IMG/VR virus record: IMGVR_UViG_3300034064_000176
Span: 1-58,639 of that record
Reading direction: 5' to 3' (one strand)
DNA: 58,639 nucleotides
Origin: a virus
Lineage: Duplodnaviria > Caudoviricetes
In this document: piece by piece, positions 43,404 to 51,817 of the stretch
Position numbering within the stretch: position 1 is the stretch's first letter
Layout: every line of letters begins with the position of its first letter
Made by a program: the position numbers and the translations under genes
Notes under the pieces: model-generated
What the model was told of the DNA's origin: nothing
The model's database searches: none
Seen by the model: only the letters and a program-made list of their open reading frames with translations

Positions 43404-43555
43404 TTGGTTTTCTCTTTCTGTTTTTGCAGTCGAAGTTCGAGCACGACTAGGGCAAGCTTGCGCAGTGCATAGTCCACGTCGGTGTTCTTTTGCACGGCAA
43501 GCTTGGCTTCCTGGTACGCCTTCGTAATCTCGGGAAAGGGGTCGTAATCCTTCAA
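43400..43555 (-). CDS. Small hypothetical protein (TTG start, KDYDPFPEITKAY..), 51 aa
   Basis: TTGA and ATGA overlaps with both neighbours. Confidence 0.6.
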   Translation of the reverse strand: MKDYDPFPEITKAYQEAKLAVQKNTDVDYALRKLALVVLELRLQKQKEKTK

Positions 43556-43815
43556 TGCGCGACCCTTGAGACCCGCTCAGTGATGTAGTCCTGAATAATG
43601 TGATCAAGCTCCATCGGATGATCGGGCTGAAGCTTTTCGATGCGGTCTTTTAGCTCGGTCTTCTCGATGATCGCCATTTGCAGGGCGAAGTACATCACCT
43701 CGATCTGCCTCAGTCTCCATAGCTCCGCTTTCGCTACGTTGTCGATCAATTCTCTGCCGCTCAAACCACGCGCCCGTCGCGTTTTCTTCGCGGAATTTTG
43801 TCCATTTGTTGACAT
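43552..43815 (-). CDS. Hypothetical protein
   Basis: Helical ORF; start uncertain; overlaps 43604-43948. Confidence 0.5.
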   Translation of the reverse strand: MSTNGQNSAKKTRRARGLSGRELIDNVAKAELWRLRQIEVMYFALQMAIIEKTELKDRIEKLQPDHPMELDHIIQDYITERVSRVAH

Positions 43816-43948
43816 AGTACGGGTCCTCCGATGGTGGGGTGAAGTTCGGTGAAACAAGTGGCTCGGTTCGCTTAGGGTCGTGGGGCTGCGGAAACTGCCT
43901 CCAGCGGTCGATCACGTTCGGCCTGGAGTCGTATATCCGCTCATCCAT
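43604..43948 (-). CDS. Hypothetical protein
   Basis: GGAG SD before MDERIY.. Confidence 0.5.
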   Translation of the reverse strand: MDERIYDSRPNVIDRWRQFPQPHDPKRTEPLVSPNFTPPSEDPYYVNKWTKFREENATGAWFERQRIDRQRSESGAMETEADRGDVLRPANGDHREDRAKRPHRKASARSSDGA

Positions 43949-44102
43949 GATTGCTCTCCCAGGGCTTGCCAAAGGTCTCCATGGCTACTTTCTGAAGGGC
44001 GTCGATGAATTCGTTGACCTCGTCCCAGTCCCCGAAGAACTGGACCGGGAAGGTCTCGGTCTCGAGGATCACCTGCTTGCTATTAGAGTTGATCTGGATC
44101 AT
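43941..44102 (-). CDS. Hypothetical protein
   Basis: MIQINSNSKQV..; tiles the operon. Confidence 0.55.
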   Translation of the reverse strand: MIQINSNSKQVILETETFPVQFFGDWDEVNEFIDALQKVAMETFGKPWESNHG

Positions 44103-44274
44103 GTTCCACCATAAATTTTGCGTAAGAGAAACAAACCTCGGCAAGGTCTGCTCGACTGGCAATCGGGGTGCCGTCTGGTTTGTTGTAGTTCGATATGCCA
44201 CCGGCAAGTAGACCCTGAAGGGCAGCGGCGGCGAACATATCGAACCGGTCAGTAGGGGGCTTCTTCGTACTCAT
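44083..44274 (-). CDS. Small protein, RD.FAA.A.Q family
   Basis: DMFAAAALQGLLA..YA..M. Confidence 0.65.
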   Translation of the reverse strand: MSTKKPPTDRFDMFAAAALQGLLAGGISNYNKPDGTPIASRADLAEVCFSYAKFMVEHDPDQL

Positions 44275-44449
44275 CTAAGTTCCTCTTTGGTTGGTAGGCT
44301 CGTTTAACCTGGGATTGGTGGACGTAAACCCACTCGGGAAACGGCCACTCGTTTTCGTTAATCAATCGGACTGCGCAGGTCCCGTCCGGGTGAAGATGTT
44401 CAAGGATGCCAAGCTTCTTGCCGACACGCACGCGCAGACCGGGGTTCAT
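44249..44449 (-). CDS. Hypothetical SH3-like small protein
   Basis: Beta-rich, 66 aa, coupled start. Confidence 0.55.
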   Translation of the reverse strand: MNPGLRVRVGKKLGILEHLHPDGTCAVRLINENEWPFPEWVYVHQSQVKRAYQPKRNLDEYEEAPY

Positions 44450-44655
44450 TCCACTCTTGCTTTCAGCATGGCATCTGCAATCATGTAAGCCTGCCTCGCG
44501 GTTGCATCAAAATAATTCCCCTGCGCCAGTGCTTGCATCGCCTTGGCCGCGAAGTAATCACGCAGGGACATGCCTGATTGCACTAGGTACGTGTGTGCAA
44601 CAGGAAACGCTGGCTCACAATCCGTTGGTGTCCTTGCTGTTTTGTTTTCGCTCAT
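44446..44655 (-). CDS. Small conserved phage protein
   Basis: PAFP..GMSLRDYFAAKAMQ..AY.IADAML.AR. Confidence 0.8.
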   Translation of the reverse strand: MSENKTARTPTDCEPAFPVAHTYLVQSGMSLRDYFAAKAMQALAQGNYFDATARQAYMIADAMLKARVE

Positions 44656-44852
44656 GCTTTGATCTCCTTAACCGACACCTTTGTGTCGGGGTCCATCTCA
44701 AGCTGGGTGAGCAGGTCCCGAATGGCCTGGAGCTTGGTCCGCCCCCAGCCGATCCGATCGCCCTGTTGATAGCCCTCCTGAACGGCACGCCAGTCATACG
44801 AGCGCGTGTCCAGGGGGGTTGGGTCATGCCGCACTTGGATTTTCATTTTCAC
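44652..44852 (-). CDS. Hypothetical protein
   Basis: P.P...YDW.A..GY..GD.IGWG.T..AI.DL; AAGGAG SD. Confidence 0.65.
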   Translation of the reverse strand: MKMKIQVRHDPTPLDTRSYDWRAVQEGYQQGDRIGWGRTKLQAIRDLLTQLEMDPDTKVSVKEIKA

Positions 44853-45105
44853 TCCTTACGACGTCGATGTTGTCGCCGAATACCACGATTCGGACCCGTT
44901 CGCCATTCTCGGCAATGAAGGTGATGTCCATCGTTTGGCAGTCTGCTTTCTCAAGTAGCTCGGGCTCTGAAATGATGACCGACACAATGTTATGCACCGA
45001 CATCGACGTGTGCATCGCCCGAAGCGGCCTTGGTTCGCTCTTTTTGCTTTGGGTGTTGCCGAAGAAGCGGGTTACGACGTTGTCCATTGCTTGAAACTCT
45101 TCCAT
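44824..45105 (-). CDS. Hypothetical protein
   Basis: AGGAG SD. Confidence 0.6.
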   Translation of the reverse strand: MEEFQAMDNVVTRFFGNTQSKKSEPRPLRAMHTSMSVHNIVSVIISEPELLEKADCQTMDITFIAENGERVRIVVFGDNIDVVRSENENPSAA

Positions 45106-45121
45106 GATGTTCTCCTAGTTA

Positions 45122-45137
45122 GGGGGCCGAAGCCCCC
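45122..45137 (-). terminator. cUUCGg hairpin between genes
   Basis: Minus strand GGGGGC-TTCG-GCCCCC. Confidence 0.5.
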
Positions 45138-45142
45138 GGTTA

Positions 45143-45409
45143 TTAAGCTGCTATTAAACGTGCTTCCATGCGGTCACGGACGGTAGCGAGACGGCCGTTG
45201 CTGTTGATGCTGTATTCGATTTGCTCAAGCTCCGGGTAAAAGCAAAGGCTTGCGTCCACTTCGTTCAGGCAAAGCCGCTTACCCTCAAACCACATAACCG
45301 TGACGGTCAGGTCTTCGATCTCGGCGATCGTGTAGACCTGCGCTTCAGTGTGCTTGTTGAGCACGATTAGTTGGCCGATGTACAAAGATTTTGGCGCGAT
45401 TTTTTTCAT
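45143..45409 (-). CDS. Hypothetical protein
   Basis: AGGA SD before MKKIAPK. Confidence 0.6.
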   Translation of the reverse strand: MKKIAPKSLYIGQLIVLNKHTEAQVYTIAEIEDLTVTVMWFEGKRLCLNEVDASLCFYPELEQIEYSINSNGRLATVRDRMEARLIAA

Positions 45410-45422
45410 GTGAATATCCTGG

Positions 45423-45716
45423 TTAGCGGCTGGTAACTTTGACAGTGAAGACCGCGGTGGTCTTTGTGAACTTTGCATAAGCCTCGGCACCAAAAGCTTT
45501 GACGAAGGCTTCTTTATCAAAGACGCAACGATCGCTCTCGCTGTAAGTTGCCTTGAAGAGCGAACCTTCGATCGACTTGGCGCCGCCTGCTGATGCGCTG
45601 TCCTTGATTGCGTCCTTTATGGCATCGGCTTGTTTTTGCAGGTCGGCGATTTGAGCCAAGAGGGCGCCGAGTTGGTCAACGCTTGCTGCTTCGATTACTG
45701 CTGCTTCTGTTTTCAT
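45423..45716 (-). CDS. Conserved early phage protein
   Basis: VDQLG.L.AQIADL..EG.LFKAT..V.VTSR; first gene after a promoter. Confidence 0.75.
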   Translation of the reverse strand: MKTEAAVIEAASVDQLGALLAQIADLQKQADAIKDAIKDSASAGGAKSIEGSLFKATYSESDRCVFDKEAFVKAFGAEAYAKFTKTTAVFTVKVTSR

Positions 45717-45785
45717 GTCGTTTCTCCGGTTTCTCACTGCACGTCGCAGTAGGTGTATTTGACTCTTTATTTATCCACCTGTCAA
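45717..45785 (-). promoter_or_regulatory. Sigma70-type promoter with conserved hairpin/AGAAA leader
   Basis: TTGACA(45785-80)-17-TCAAAT; TACTGC-GACGT-GCAGTG-AGAAACCGGAGAAA. Confidence 0.65.
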
Positions 45786-45787
45786 AT

Positions 45788-45809
45788 GAAAAAGGGGGAT
45801 AAACCCCCT
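45788..45809 (-). terminator. Intrinsic terminator
   Basis: Minus strand AGGGGG-TTTAT-CCCCC-TTTTT. Confidence 0.7.
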
Positions 45810-45842
45810 AAAACAGCTACCGTTCGTCAGACCGATGAATGG

Positions 45843-46322
45843 CTATGGCTTAAGTTCCTCCATGAACTCCTGGAACTTGGTGAGGGGCTTTTCCTCCTCG
45901 GTGATTATTGGCGCAACATAAACCTGCAATCGGCGATCGTCTGGCGAGTTGCCTACCTTGTGCGTGTTTACCGTAGGGTGAAAACGGCGCCTAAAGTGAT
46001 TGACGATACTGTTCCTGGCCTTGTCGAAATCCAAGTGCTCAGGGATTTTGACCATGATCATTTCCCCAGGCTTGATTTCGGCGAAGACGTCAATCAATTC
46101 CCTGTAAATCATGTTACGGCCAAACCGCTCTTTGTTGATGTAATGCTCTCCTTGGTACCTAATTTCAAAATCGGCTTCCATGGCCTTAAGCGCCCTTACA
46201 AGCGCCTCAATTGGAAAGTCGTTGCTGATAAGTTCACCGTGTTCGCCGCATACCAAATAGGCCATATTCATTTGATCCAGCGTCTTCGTGATGCTTCGCA
46301 CCACCTTCTCTTCCATGCTCAT
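45843..46322 (-). CDS. Hypothetical protein
   Basis: 159 aa, AGGAG SD, coupled. Confidence 0.65.
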   Translation of the reverse strand: MSMEEKVVRSITKTLDQMNMAYLVCGEHGELISNDFPIEALVRALKAMEADFEIRYQGEHYINKERFGRNMIYRELIDVFAEIKPGEMIMVKIPEHLDFDKARNSIVNHFRRRFHPTVNTHKVGNSPDDRRLQVYVAPIITEEEKPLTKFQEFMEELKP

Positions 46323-47068
46323 ACGTTGCTCCTAATTTTCCAAAAGTTAAGCAGTGCCAGGAACATTTCCCAGCCCCTCTGGATGTCCTTGGGGTCGTGC
46401 TCCAGGACAATGACTGGGTAAGGGTCGATAACCGAAACGAACACGTTTGCGCACCGGGGCGGGTGGATCTTGAGTCCCACCGCATAGGCCGCAAGTTGCA
46501 TGTAATGGTCATCAAAAAGCGCCACCTTGTCGCCCGGGGCGAATTCTTTGGTTTTGATGTCGATGACCGTGTCATGGCAGTGCAGATCGACCTTCCCGCC
46601 GTAGCCATGGGTTGCAGCGAATGACGCCTCAGAGATCCACGTCCGGTCCCCAAAATGGCTCTGTATGGCGCCAACAGCCCTGCGCACATAGGGAACGTTC
46701 ATCTTCTCGAGATCGCCCTCGTAGAAGGCCTGTATCTCAGCGTGAATGGCCGTGCCGCGGTCGGCTGCATCCCTGGTTTGCTTGCGGGAGTCCTCGAGCA
46801 CTCGCTTGGCATAGTCCTCGAGGCTCTCCTGCTCACCCTTGGGTAGGGTAAGAGACGCTAAAAGCAATTGCTGTTGCTTCCAGGCCTCCAACCCAGGCTT
46901 TGCAGCCACCGACATGACCGTCGTGACTGATGGCAAAAGCTTGAGCTTTTTGGCATCCCGGAGGGTCGTGTTGCGCACCTTGCCGTTACTCCCGACAATG
47001 GTGTAAGCAGGCTTACCCTCCTTGGTATACCAGTGGCCAGACTCGGCCGTCTTGGTATTGATGATCAT
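46319..47068 (-). CDS. PD-(D/E)XK (Cas4/RecE-like) exonuclease
   Basis: PSVTT, RGTAIH, SE..GYGG.VD..DIKT..QLAAY. Confidence 0.85.
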   Translation of the reverse strand: MIINTKTAESGHWYTKEGKPAYTIVGSNGKVRNTTLRDAKKLKLLPSVTTVMSVAAKPGLEAWKQQQLLLASLTLPKGEQESLEDYAKRVLEDSRKQTRDAADRGTAIHAEIQAFYEGDLEKMNVPYVRRAVGAIQSHFGDRTWISEASFAATHGYGGKVDLHCHDTVIDIKTKEFAPGDKVALFDDHYMQLAAYAVGLKIHPPRCANVFVSVIDPYPVIVLEHDPKDIQRGWEMFLALLNFWKIRSNV

Positions 47069-47358
47069 AGCTTTTGCGACAGACTGACGGCCCAAATCTC
47101 AAAGCCATTGTCTTTCAAGAAATTACGGAAATGTTCGCCGATCTTCGTAACCAGGAACTGATCGCCGCCTGGGGCCTTTAGCATGTAAGCCACAGGCTCC
47201 TCCTTTTTCCCCGCAGCCAAGTTTTGGGCCTGCTTGAACAATTCGTAAGGAATGGTCGTCTTAGACTCTTTCATCCTCCGGTATTCGGCCCAGCGCCTTT
47301 GGGCGCCTTCCCTGATCCTGGCCTTTGACTCTTCGCTCATGGGCTTGCGCTTTTTCAT
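47065..47358 (-). CDS. NUMOD3-like small DNA-binding protein
   Basis: RKPMSEESKARIRE..RRWA. Confidence 0.55.
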   Translation of the reverse strand: MKKRKPMSEESKARIREGAQRRWAEYRRMKESKTTIPYELFKQAQNLAAGKKEEPVAYMLKAPGGDQFLVTKIGEHFRNFLKDNGFEIWAVSLSQKL

Positions 47359-47576
47359 GACTGCACCTCAATCCAAAAGCGCGACCAAAGGGGCGTGATC
47401 TTCGGGGTAAATCCGTTGACTACAAGCTCCTCGGCACTCGTTTCAATATTGCCGGGAAGGACGTAAACGCCCTCCTTCTTCCAGCTTGGTACGGCCATCA
47501 CGTTTTCCCGGTGGTAAGTGGGCATGAGGTAGCGCTCAGCCATGCGACTGGTCGCAGGAACAATTTTGGTTTCCAT
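47355..47576 (-). CDS. Hypothetical protein
   Basis: AAGGA SD before METKIV. Confidence 0.6.
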   Translation of the reverse strand: METKIVPATSRMAERYLMPTYHRENVMAVPSWKKEGVYVLPGNIETSAEELVVNGFTPKITPLWSRFWIEVQS

Positions 47577-47595
47577 GTATCTTCCTTTATTAAAA

Positions 47596-48228
47596 TCAGA
47601 ACGGAATATCGTCGTCAGTATCAGCAAGAGACGTAGCTTGCTTGGCAGGAAGCTCGTTCAGAGCCGCCCACTCAGGCGAAGCCTTGATAACGTCCTGGAG
47701 GCCTTTGCCGAAGCTGTTGAAGAGGTCCATCATGTCGGGCTCGAACTGGTCCATCGAGAAGATCCCGAGGGCGTTATGGCCAGCAGGCAGGACCTTGCGA
47801 AGCGCTGGTGGTAGCGGCATGACGGTTGCGACGTTCGAGTAGGTCCTGCCGTCTCGAGTCTCTTGGGTGATGTTGATCATGCCCCACTGGCCAAGCAGCG
47901 ACTTGGTAGCAAAGCCCTTGAGTTCGGCGTCGCTAAAGGGCTTGCCCCTCCAGGACTCAAGGAAGGCCCGTAGGGCGGCTTTCTCGGACAGGCTGGCAGT
48001 AAACCGCTTGCTGGCCATCATAGGCCTGCCATCGTCCGTTAAAAGGGGTTTGCCAGTATCGTCCTCGCCATGGATCTCCCAGGACAGCAGGACCTTGCGC
48101 TGGTGTTTGATCTTGCCCTGCCAAGTCGTTTCTTGCGTACCGAGATCAATGACCCGGTAGCAGCGTCCCATGTAGACGCCTGGAGGGGTGGGTGTAAAAC
48201 CGGTATTAGCTTCAGCTTTGAGTAGCAT
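47596..48228 (-). CDS. Putative ssDNA-binding/replication protein
   Basis: F.P.P.G....RC..VIDLGTQ..SL.EKA.LR.FLESWRG; acidic DDDIPF tail. Confidence 0.75.
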   Translation of the reverse strand: MLLKAEANTGFTPTPPGVYMGRCYRVIDLGTQETTWQGKIKHQRKVLLSWEIHGEDDTGKPLLTDDGRPMMASKRFTASLSEKAALRAFLESWRGKPFSDAELKGFATKSLLGQWGMINITQETRDGRTYSNVATVMPLPPALRKVLPAGHNALGIFSMDQFEPDMMDLFNSFGKGLQDVIKASPEWAALNELPAKQATSLADTDDDIPF

Positions 48229-48373
48229 TTCTTTCCTTTCGTAGTCCAAGTTCGTAACGCAAAACAGCCCAGTCCTCTTCGTCTGCAAGACCTGCTCGGG
48301 CACGTTCGTAAGCGTCTTCCAATCGTTGCTCACGTTCTTCCATTTGCTGCTGGTACCAAAAATCGTCTTCCAT
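48212..48373 (-). CDS. Small acidic protein (MEDDFWYQQQMEE..), 53 aa; not in the ORF track
   Basis: AAGGAG SD; first gene of the leftward operon. Confidence 0.7.
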   Translation of the reverse strand: MEDDFWYQQQMEEREQRLEDAYERARAGLADEEDWAVLRYELGLRKERNATQS

Positions 48374-48440
48374 CGTTTCTCCTTTTCTCACGGCAAAGCG
48401 CCGTACCGAAGATGTTAGATATATCGAACACCCTTGTCAA
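48374..48440 (-). promoter_or_regulatory. Leftward sigma70 promoter with conserved leader
   Basis: TTGACA(48440-35)-17-TAACAT; TACGGC-GCTTT-GCCGTG-AGAAAAGGAGAAA. Confidence 0.8.
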
Positions 48441-48620
48441 GCGGTGTTGCAACCCTGGGTTGCGGTGAACACCAGTGGACGCCAGTGGACACTAACAAGA
48501 AAGTCCGGTCCACTAAGTCGTGAATCGTTCAGGCCGAATCCACTGCGATTATGCGCTTTTAGCCGGTCTCTCATAGGAGAAGTTATGATCGAGTTTAGAA
48601 CATTGATCTCCTAATACTCT

Positions 48621-48690
48621 CCCCCCTGTCCGCCCCCTGTCCTCCCTTATGTCCACTCCTGTGTCCGCCCCTATGTTCGCCTTTATTCGC
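48621..48690. repeat. Six imperfect 10-12 bp tandem repeats
   Basis: cccctgtccgc/cccctgtcctc/ccttatgtccac/tcctgtgtccgc/ccctatgttcgc/ctttattcgc. Confidence 0.7.
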
Positions 48691-48697
48691 AACCGTT

Positions 48698-48743
48698 GAA
48701 ACCCTGGGTTGCGTAACCATCGCTGTTCGGTTACTCTAACGCC
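48698..48743 (+). promoter_or_regulatory. Rightward promoter with two operator-like sites; probable leaderless transcript
   Basis: TTGCGT-17-TACTCT, ATG 6 nt after the -10, no SD. Confidence 0.6.
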
Positions 48744-48929
48744 ATGGATACAAGAGAGATGATTAAAACGCTAGGCGGTACCAGGGCGGTTGCTCGGTAC
48801 CTGGGGGTGGCTCCAAGCACGGTCCACCACTACATCAAAACGGGGAAGATCCCGCTGCATCGGCTCATGATGCTCATGCCGCGGTTACACGAGAAGGGGG
48901 TGGTATGGCCACTGAACATAAAGACTTGA
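48744..48929 (+). CDS. Cro-like HTH regulator
   Basis: LGG..AVA..LGV..STV......G.IP; first gene after the divergent region. Confidence 0.8.
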   Translation: MDTREMIKTLGGTRAVARYLGVAPSTVHHYIKTGKIPLHRLMMLMPRLHEKGVVWPLNIKT

Positions 48930-49165
48930 ATGCAGACTTTGATCTCACGCCGGATGAGCTTTGCGATGAAAGCGTTGTTGTCCGCGAAGTTCCTCAAATT
49001 CGCGTCTACATCAACCTATGCGAAGAAGTTGGGATCAGCATCTTAAAAATGGACATAGACCACCATATGCTCGACGAGCAAATTGTTTCAATCCCGGTCG
49101 AGTACGCAAAAACAGTGGCTGATGCGATTGTTAAAGTTGTTGAAGAATACGAAGAAAATCAGTAA
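48905..49165 (+). CDS. Acidic hypothetical protein
   Basis: 86 aa, GGGG SD. Confidence 0.6.
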   Translation: MATEHKDLNADFDLTPDELCDESVVVREVPQIRVYINLCEEVGISILKMDIDHHMLDEQIVSIPVEYAKTVADAIVKVVEEYEENQ

Positions 49166-49173
49166 AGTTCAAA

Positions 49174-49263
49174 GGGCATGGCTAGGTTAGCTACCGAAGA
49201 GGGGATTCGTCACCCCCCTGCCACGGCCCAGCTTCAGTGACGATTACAAGCCTTTGACGAGGG
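49174..49263 (+). ncRNA. Putative cis-regulatory structured RNA before the replication initiator
   Basis: Closing stem GGGC-TGGC/GCCA-GCCC, two inner hairpins, loop TCGTCAC complementary to two downstream TGACGA sites. Confidence 0.55.
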
Positions 49264-49267
49264 TTGA

Positions 49268-49960
49268 ATGCACTACTATCCATTTCATGTGGGGGATTAT
49301 CAGACCCACACTGCGCACCTCAGCGATACCGAGGACCTTGCTTACAGGCGCATGCTCGACCTGTACTACATCAACCAAAAGCCGCTGCCAAGCGATGCAG
49401 CCAAGGTGGCTCGGTTAATCCGTATGCCCGCAGCAGTCGAGGAGGTCCGCGGCCTGCTCGAGGAGTTTTTTGTTTTGCAAGACGGCAGCTACACGAACAA
49501 GCGCTGCGACAAGGAAATCGCCTCGTTCATTAAGCAAAAGCTTGGCGGTGTTAAGGGTGCAAAAGCTAGGTGGGATAAGGCCAAGCAAAAGGGTGGCAAT
49601 GGCCTACCCAATGGGGAGGGTAATGGGGTGGGCATTGGGGAGGGTAATGCTACCCCAATAGCAACCAATAACCAGAACCAGAACCAAGAACCAAATAAAA
49701 GCTCTTTCGTACAAGTCGATAAGCCGGAGGGGGTAACCGACGAGGCTTGGCAGGCTTTCATCCTGGTTCGCAGGGCCAAGAAGGCCCCCATCACCAAGCT
49801 TTCCATGGCCGGTATCGAGCGGGAGGCTTTGGCTAAAGGCAGGACCGTCCCTGATGCGATCCGTATCGTTTGTGAGCGTGGCTGGACCACCTACAAAGCC
49901 GAATGGGACAAGCAAGAGTTTGGCAGTAATCCTAACGACCAATACTTGGGTGCGCTATGA
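49268..49960 (+). CDS. YdaU/DUF1376-family replication initiator
   Basis: MHYYPFHVGDY..T.HL..E..AYRR.LD.YY..L.EFF..N.RCD.EI. Confidence 0.85.
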   Translation: MHYYPFHVGDYQTHTAHLSDTEDLAYRRMLDLYYINQKPLPSDAAKVARLIRMPAAVEEVRGLLEEFFVLQDGSYTNKRCDKEIASFIKQKLGGVKGAKARWDKAKQKGGNGLPNGEGNGVGIGEGNATPIATNNQNQNQEPNKSSFVQVDKPEGVTDEAWQAFILVRRAKKAPITKLSMAGIEREALAKGRTVPDAIRIVCERGWTTYKAEWDKQEFGSNPNDQYLGAL

Positions 49961-50253
49961 AGGGACATGAATTCGTGATTGCCTGCCAGCTAAACAAGGC
50001 CCCGCCCCGCGCCGTGTTCGTGGACTTCTCCGGCCCCGCCGATCCGACCCTGCCGATCCCGGTCGTGGTCGCCTCCCCGTCCGATCGCGACTATCGTTGG
50101 GCTCGAGGCCTAAGGGTTTACGTTCAGGGAATCGATTCTGAGGCGGTTTTTAAGGCCGTGGAGGCGCTCAAGCTTTGTGGTGCAGCCCGAATCATCGCCA
50201 CTTACGAAGAAACGTCCCCGGCCCTTATTTGGGACTCGGAGGTGGACGCATGA
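49957..50253 (+). CDS. Hypothetical protein
   Basis: D.RW..GL.V motif; coupled. Confidence 0.65.
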   Translation: MKGHEFVIACQLNKAPPRAVFVDFSGPADPTLPIPVVVASPSDRDYRWARGLRVYVQGIDSEAVFKAVEALKLCGAARIIATYEETSPALIWDSEVDA

Positions 50254-51155
50254 ACCCGATGCCCGAAGTCGATTATCTGGAGTGGTACCACCAGATGGAG
50301 GCGGCCGTTACGGTCAAGCCTGCCAAGGACGTGATCAGCGAGGCGATTCAACTGCTGAGGTCCGATCCTCCCAAGCCAGTCCTCATGCCCTGGGCCAAGC
50401 TAAAGGACCGCTTTGCCTTCCGCGATGCCGAGGTCACGGTCTACGCCGGGAACAATGGCTCAGGCAAGTCGCTGATTACCGGCATGATCGCGCTGAACTT
50501 GATTAGCCAGGGTCGCAAGGCGTTGATTGCAAGCTTCGAGATGAAGCCGGTTACGACCCTAACCCGAATGGTTCGGCAGTTCACGAACTCCAGGTCCCCC
50601 ACTGTCGAGCAGTACGAGGATTTTTCGCGCTGGGTCGGCGATAAGCTGTGGTTTTACGACAAGCAGGGCGAGGTCAACCGCAAGGCGGTCATTGGGGTTG
50701 GGCACTTTGCTGCAACGCAGTACAAGATCAAGGATTACTTCGTTGACTCGCTCATGAAGTGCGTTGCAGGCGAAGACGACTTCAATGCGCAAAAGGACTT
50801 TGTCTCGGATTGCACAAATCTTGCACGCGATACCGGCCTGCATGTCCACCTTGTCCACCATATCCGCAAGGGCCAGACCGACGAGCAGGTCCCGCAGAAG
50901 GTCGACATGAAGGGCTCAGGCTCGATTGCCGACCAAGTCGATAACGTCTGGATGGTTTGGCGCAACAAGAAAAAAGAACGCCTGCAAGAAGCTGGCCAGC
51001 CCGTCCAAATGGACGAGCCCGACGCCATGCTCTTGTGCGAGAAGCAAAGAAACGGTGAATCGGAGCCGCGGTTAAGGCTCTGGTTCCATGCTCAATCCCA
51101 ACAATTTGTGGAGGCTGCCGGTGCAAACCCCTACCGATTCAACCCCGACTTTTGA
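50250..51155 (+). CDS. DnaB-like replicative helicase (SF4 ATPase domain)
   Basis: AG.NGSGKS, SFEM, FVDSL, HLVHH.RK, KGSGSI.D..DN, KQRNG. Confidence 0.88.
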   Translation: MNPMPEVDYLEWYHQMEAAVTVKPAKDVISEAIQLLRSDPPKPVLMPWAKLKDRFAFRDAEVTVYAGNNGSGKSLITGMIALNLISQGRKALIASFEMKPVTTLTRMVRQFTNSRSPTVEQYEDFSRWVGDKLWFYDKQGEVNRKAVIGVGHFAATQYKIKDYFVDSLMKCVAGEDDFNAQKDFVSDCTNLARDTGLHVHLVHHIRKGQTDEQVPQKVDMKGSGSIADQVDNVWMVWRNKKKERLQEAGQPVQMDEPDAMLLCEKQRNGESEPRLRLWFHAQSQQFVEAAGANPYRFNPDF

Positions 51156-51495
51156 AGTCTCGCTGCCTTGGCCGCCGACGGTTAACACCTACTGGCGCCA
51201 TGCGAACAAAGGCGGTGGGACGATCATTTACGTCGCCAAGGAAGGCCAGATATACCGGACCGCGGTTCAAGGCCTCGTCGCTACCAAGCGCAAGCTGCAT
51301 ACCGGCCGCTTGAGGGTCGAGATCGAGGCTTGGCCACCCGACAAAAGAAAGCGCGACCTGGACAACATCCTCAAAAGCTTGCTCGACGCCCTGACCTATG
51401 CAGGCATATGGGAGGACGACAGCCAGATCGACGACCTAAGAATCTACCGAACAACCATAGGAGGCATGGTGAAAGTGAGAATTTATGAAAACTGA
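51121..51495 (+). CDS. rusA: RusA Holliday junction resolvase
   Basis: LPWPPTVN.YWR..PPD.RKRDLDN..K.LLDAL..DDSQID. Confidence 0.92.
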   Translation: MQTPTDSTPTFEVSLPWPPTVNTYWRHANKGGGTIIYVAKEGQIYRTAVQGLVATKRKLHTGRLRVEIEAWPPDKRKRDLDNILKSLLDALTYAGIWEDDSQIDDLRIYRTTIGGMVKVRIYEN

Positions 51496-51817
51496 CCACG
51501 ACCCGCATCAAGCGATCGACTACATCATCACGCACGGTCGACGCTTTGCTGATGCGAAGGCCCAGAGGATCTACTTGGAAGAATTTCGTAAGTCTAAGAA
51601 GGCCCTGCTCATGCAGTCTTCCTTGGAGACGACCGTTAACGCCCAGGAAAGGGACGCCTACGCGCACCCGGAATACATCGAACTTTTGCAGGGCATCCGA
51701 AACGCGGTAGAGATCGAAGAAGAACTTCGCTGGAAGCTGATCGCCGCCCAGGCCAGGGTGGACGTATGGCGCTCAGAGCAGGCGAATTTGCGCACCGAAG
51801 GGAAGGTGACGGTATGA
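51485..51817 (+). CDS. Conserved helical hypothetical protein
   Basis: LEEFRKSKKA.LM..QER.AYA...Y. Confidence 0.75.
   Translation: MKTDHDPHQAIDYIITHGRRFADAKAQRIYLEEFRKSKKALLMQSSLETTVNAQERDAYAHPEYIELLQGIRNAVEIEEELRWKLIAAQARVDVWRSEQANLRTEGKVTV

Noticed and set aside
46319-47068. Cas4/CRISPR system
   Set aside because: A stand-alone phage PD-(D/E)XK exonuclease near an SSB-like gene; no cas genes or array.
48621-48690. Mini-CRISPR array
   Set aside because: Units are 10-12 bp, degenerate and have no spacers.
48441-48743. cI repressor, integrase or attP (temperate module)
   Set aside because: No such ORF recognised here or elsewhere in the genome.
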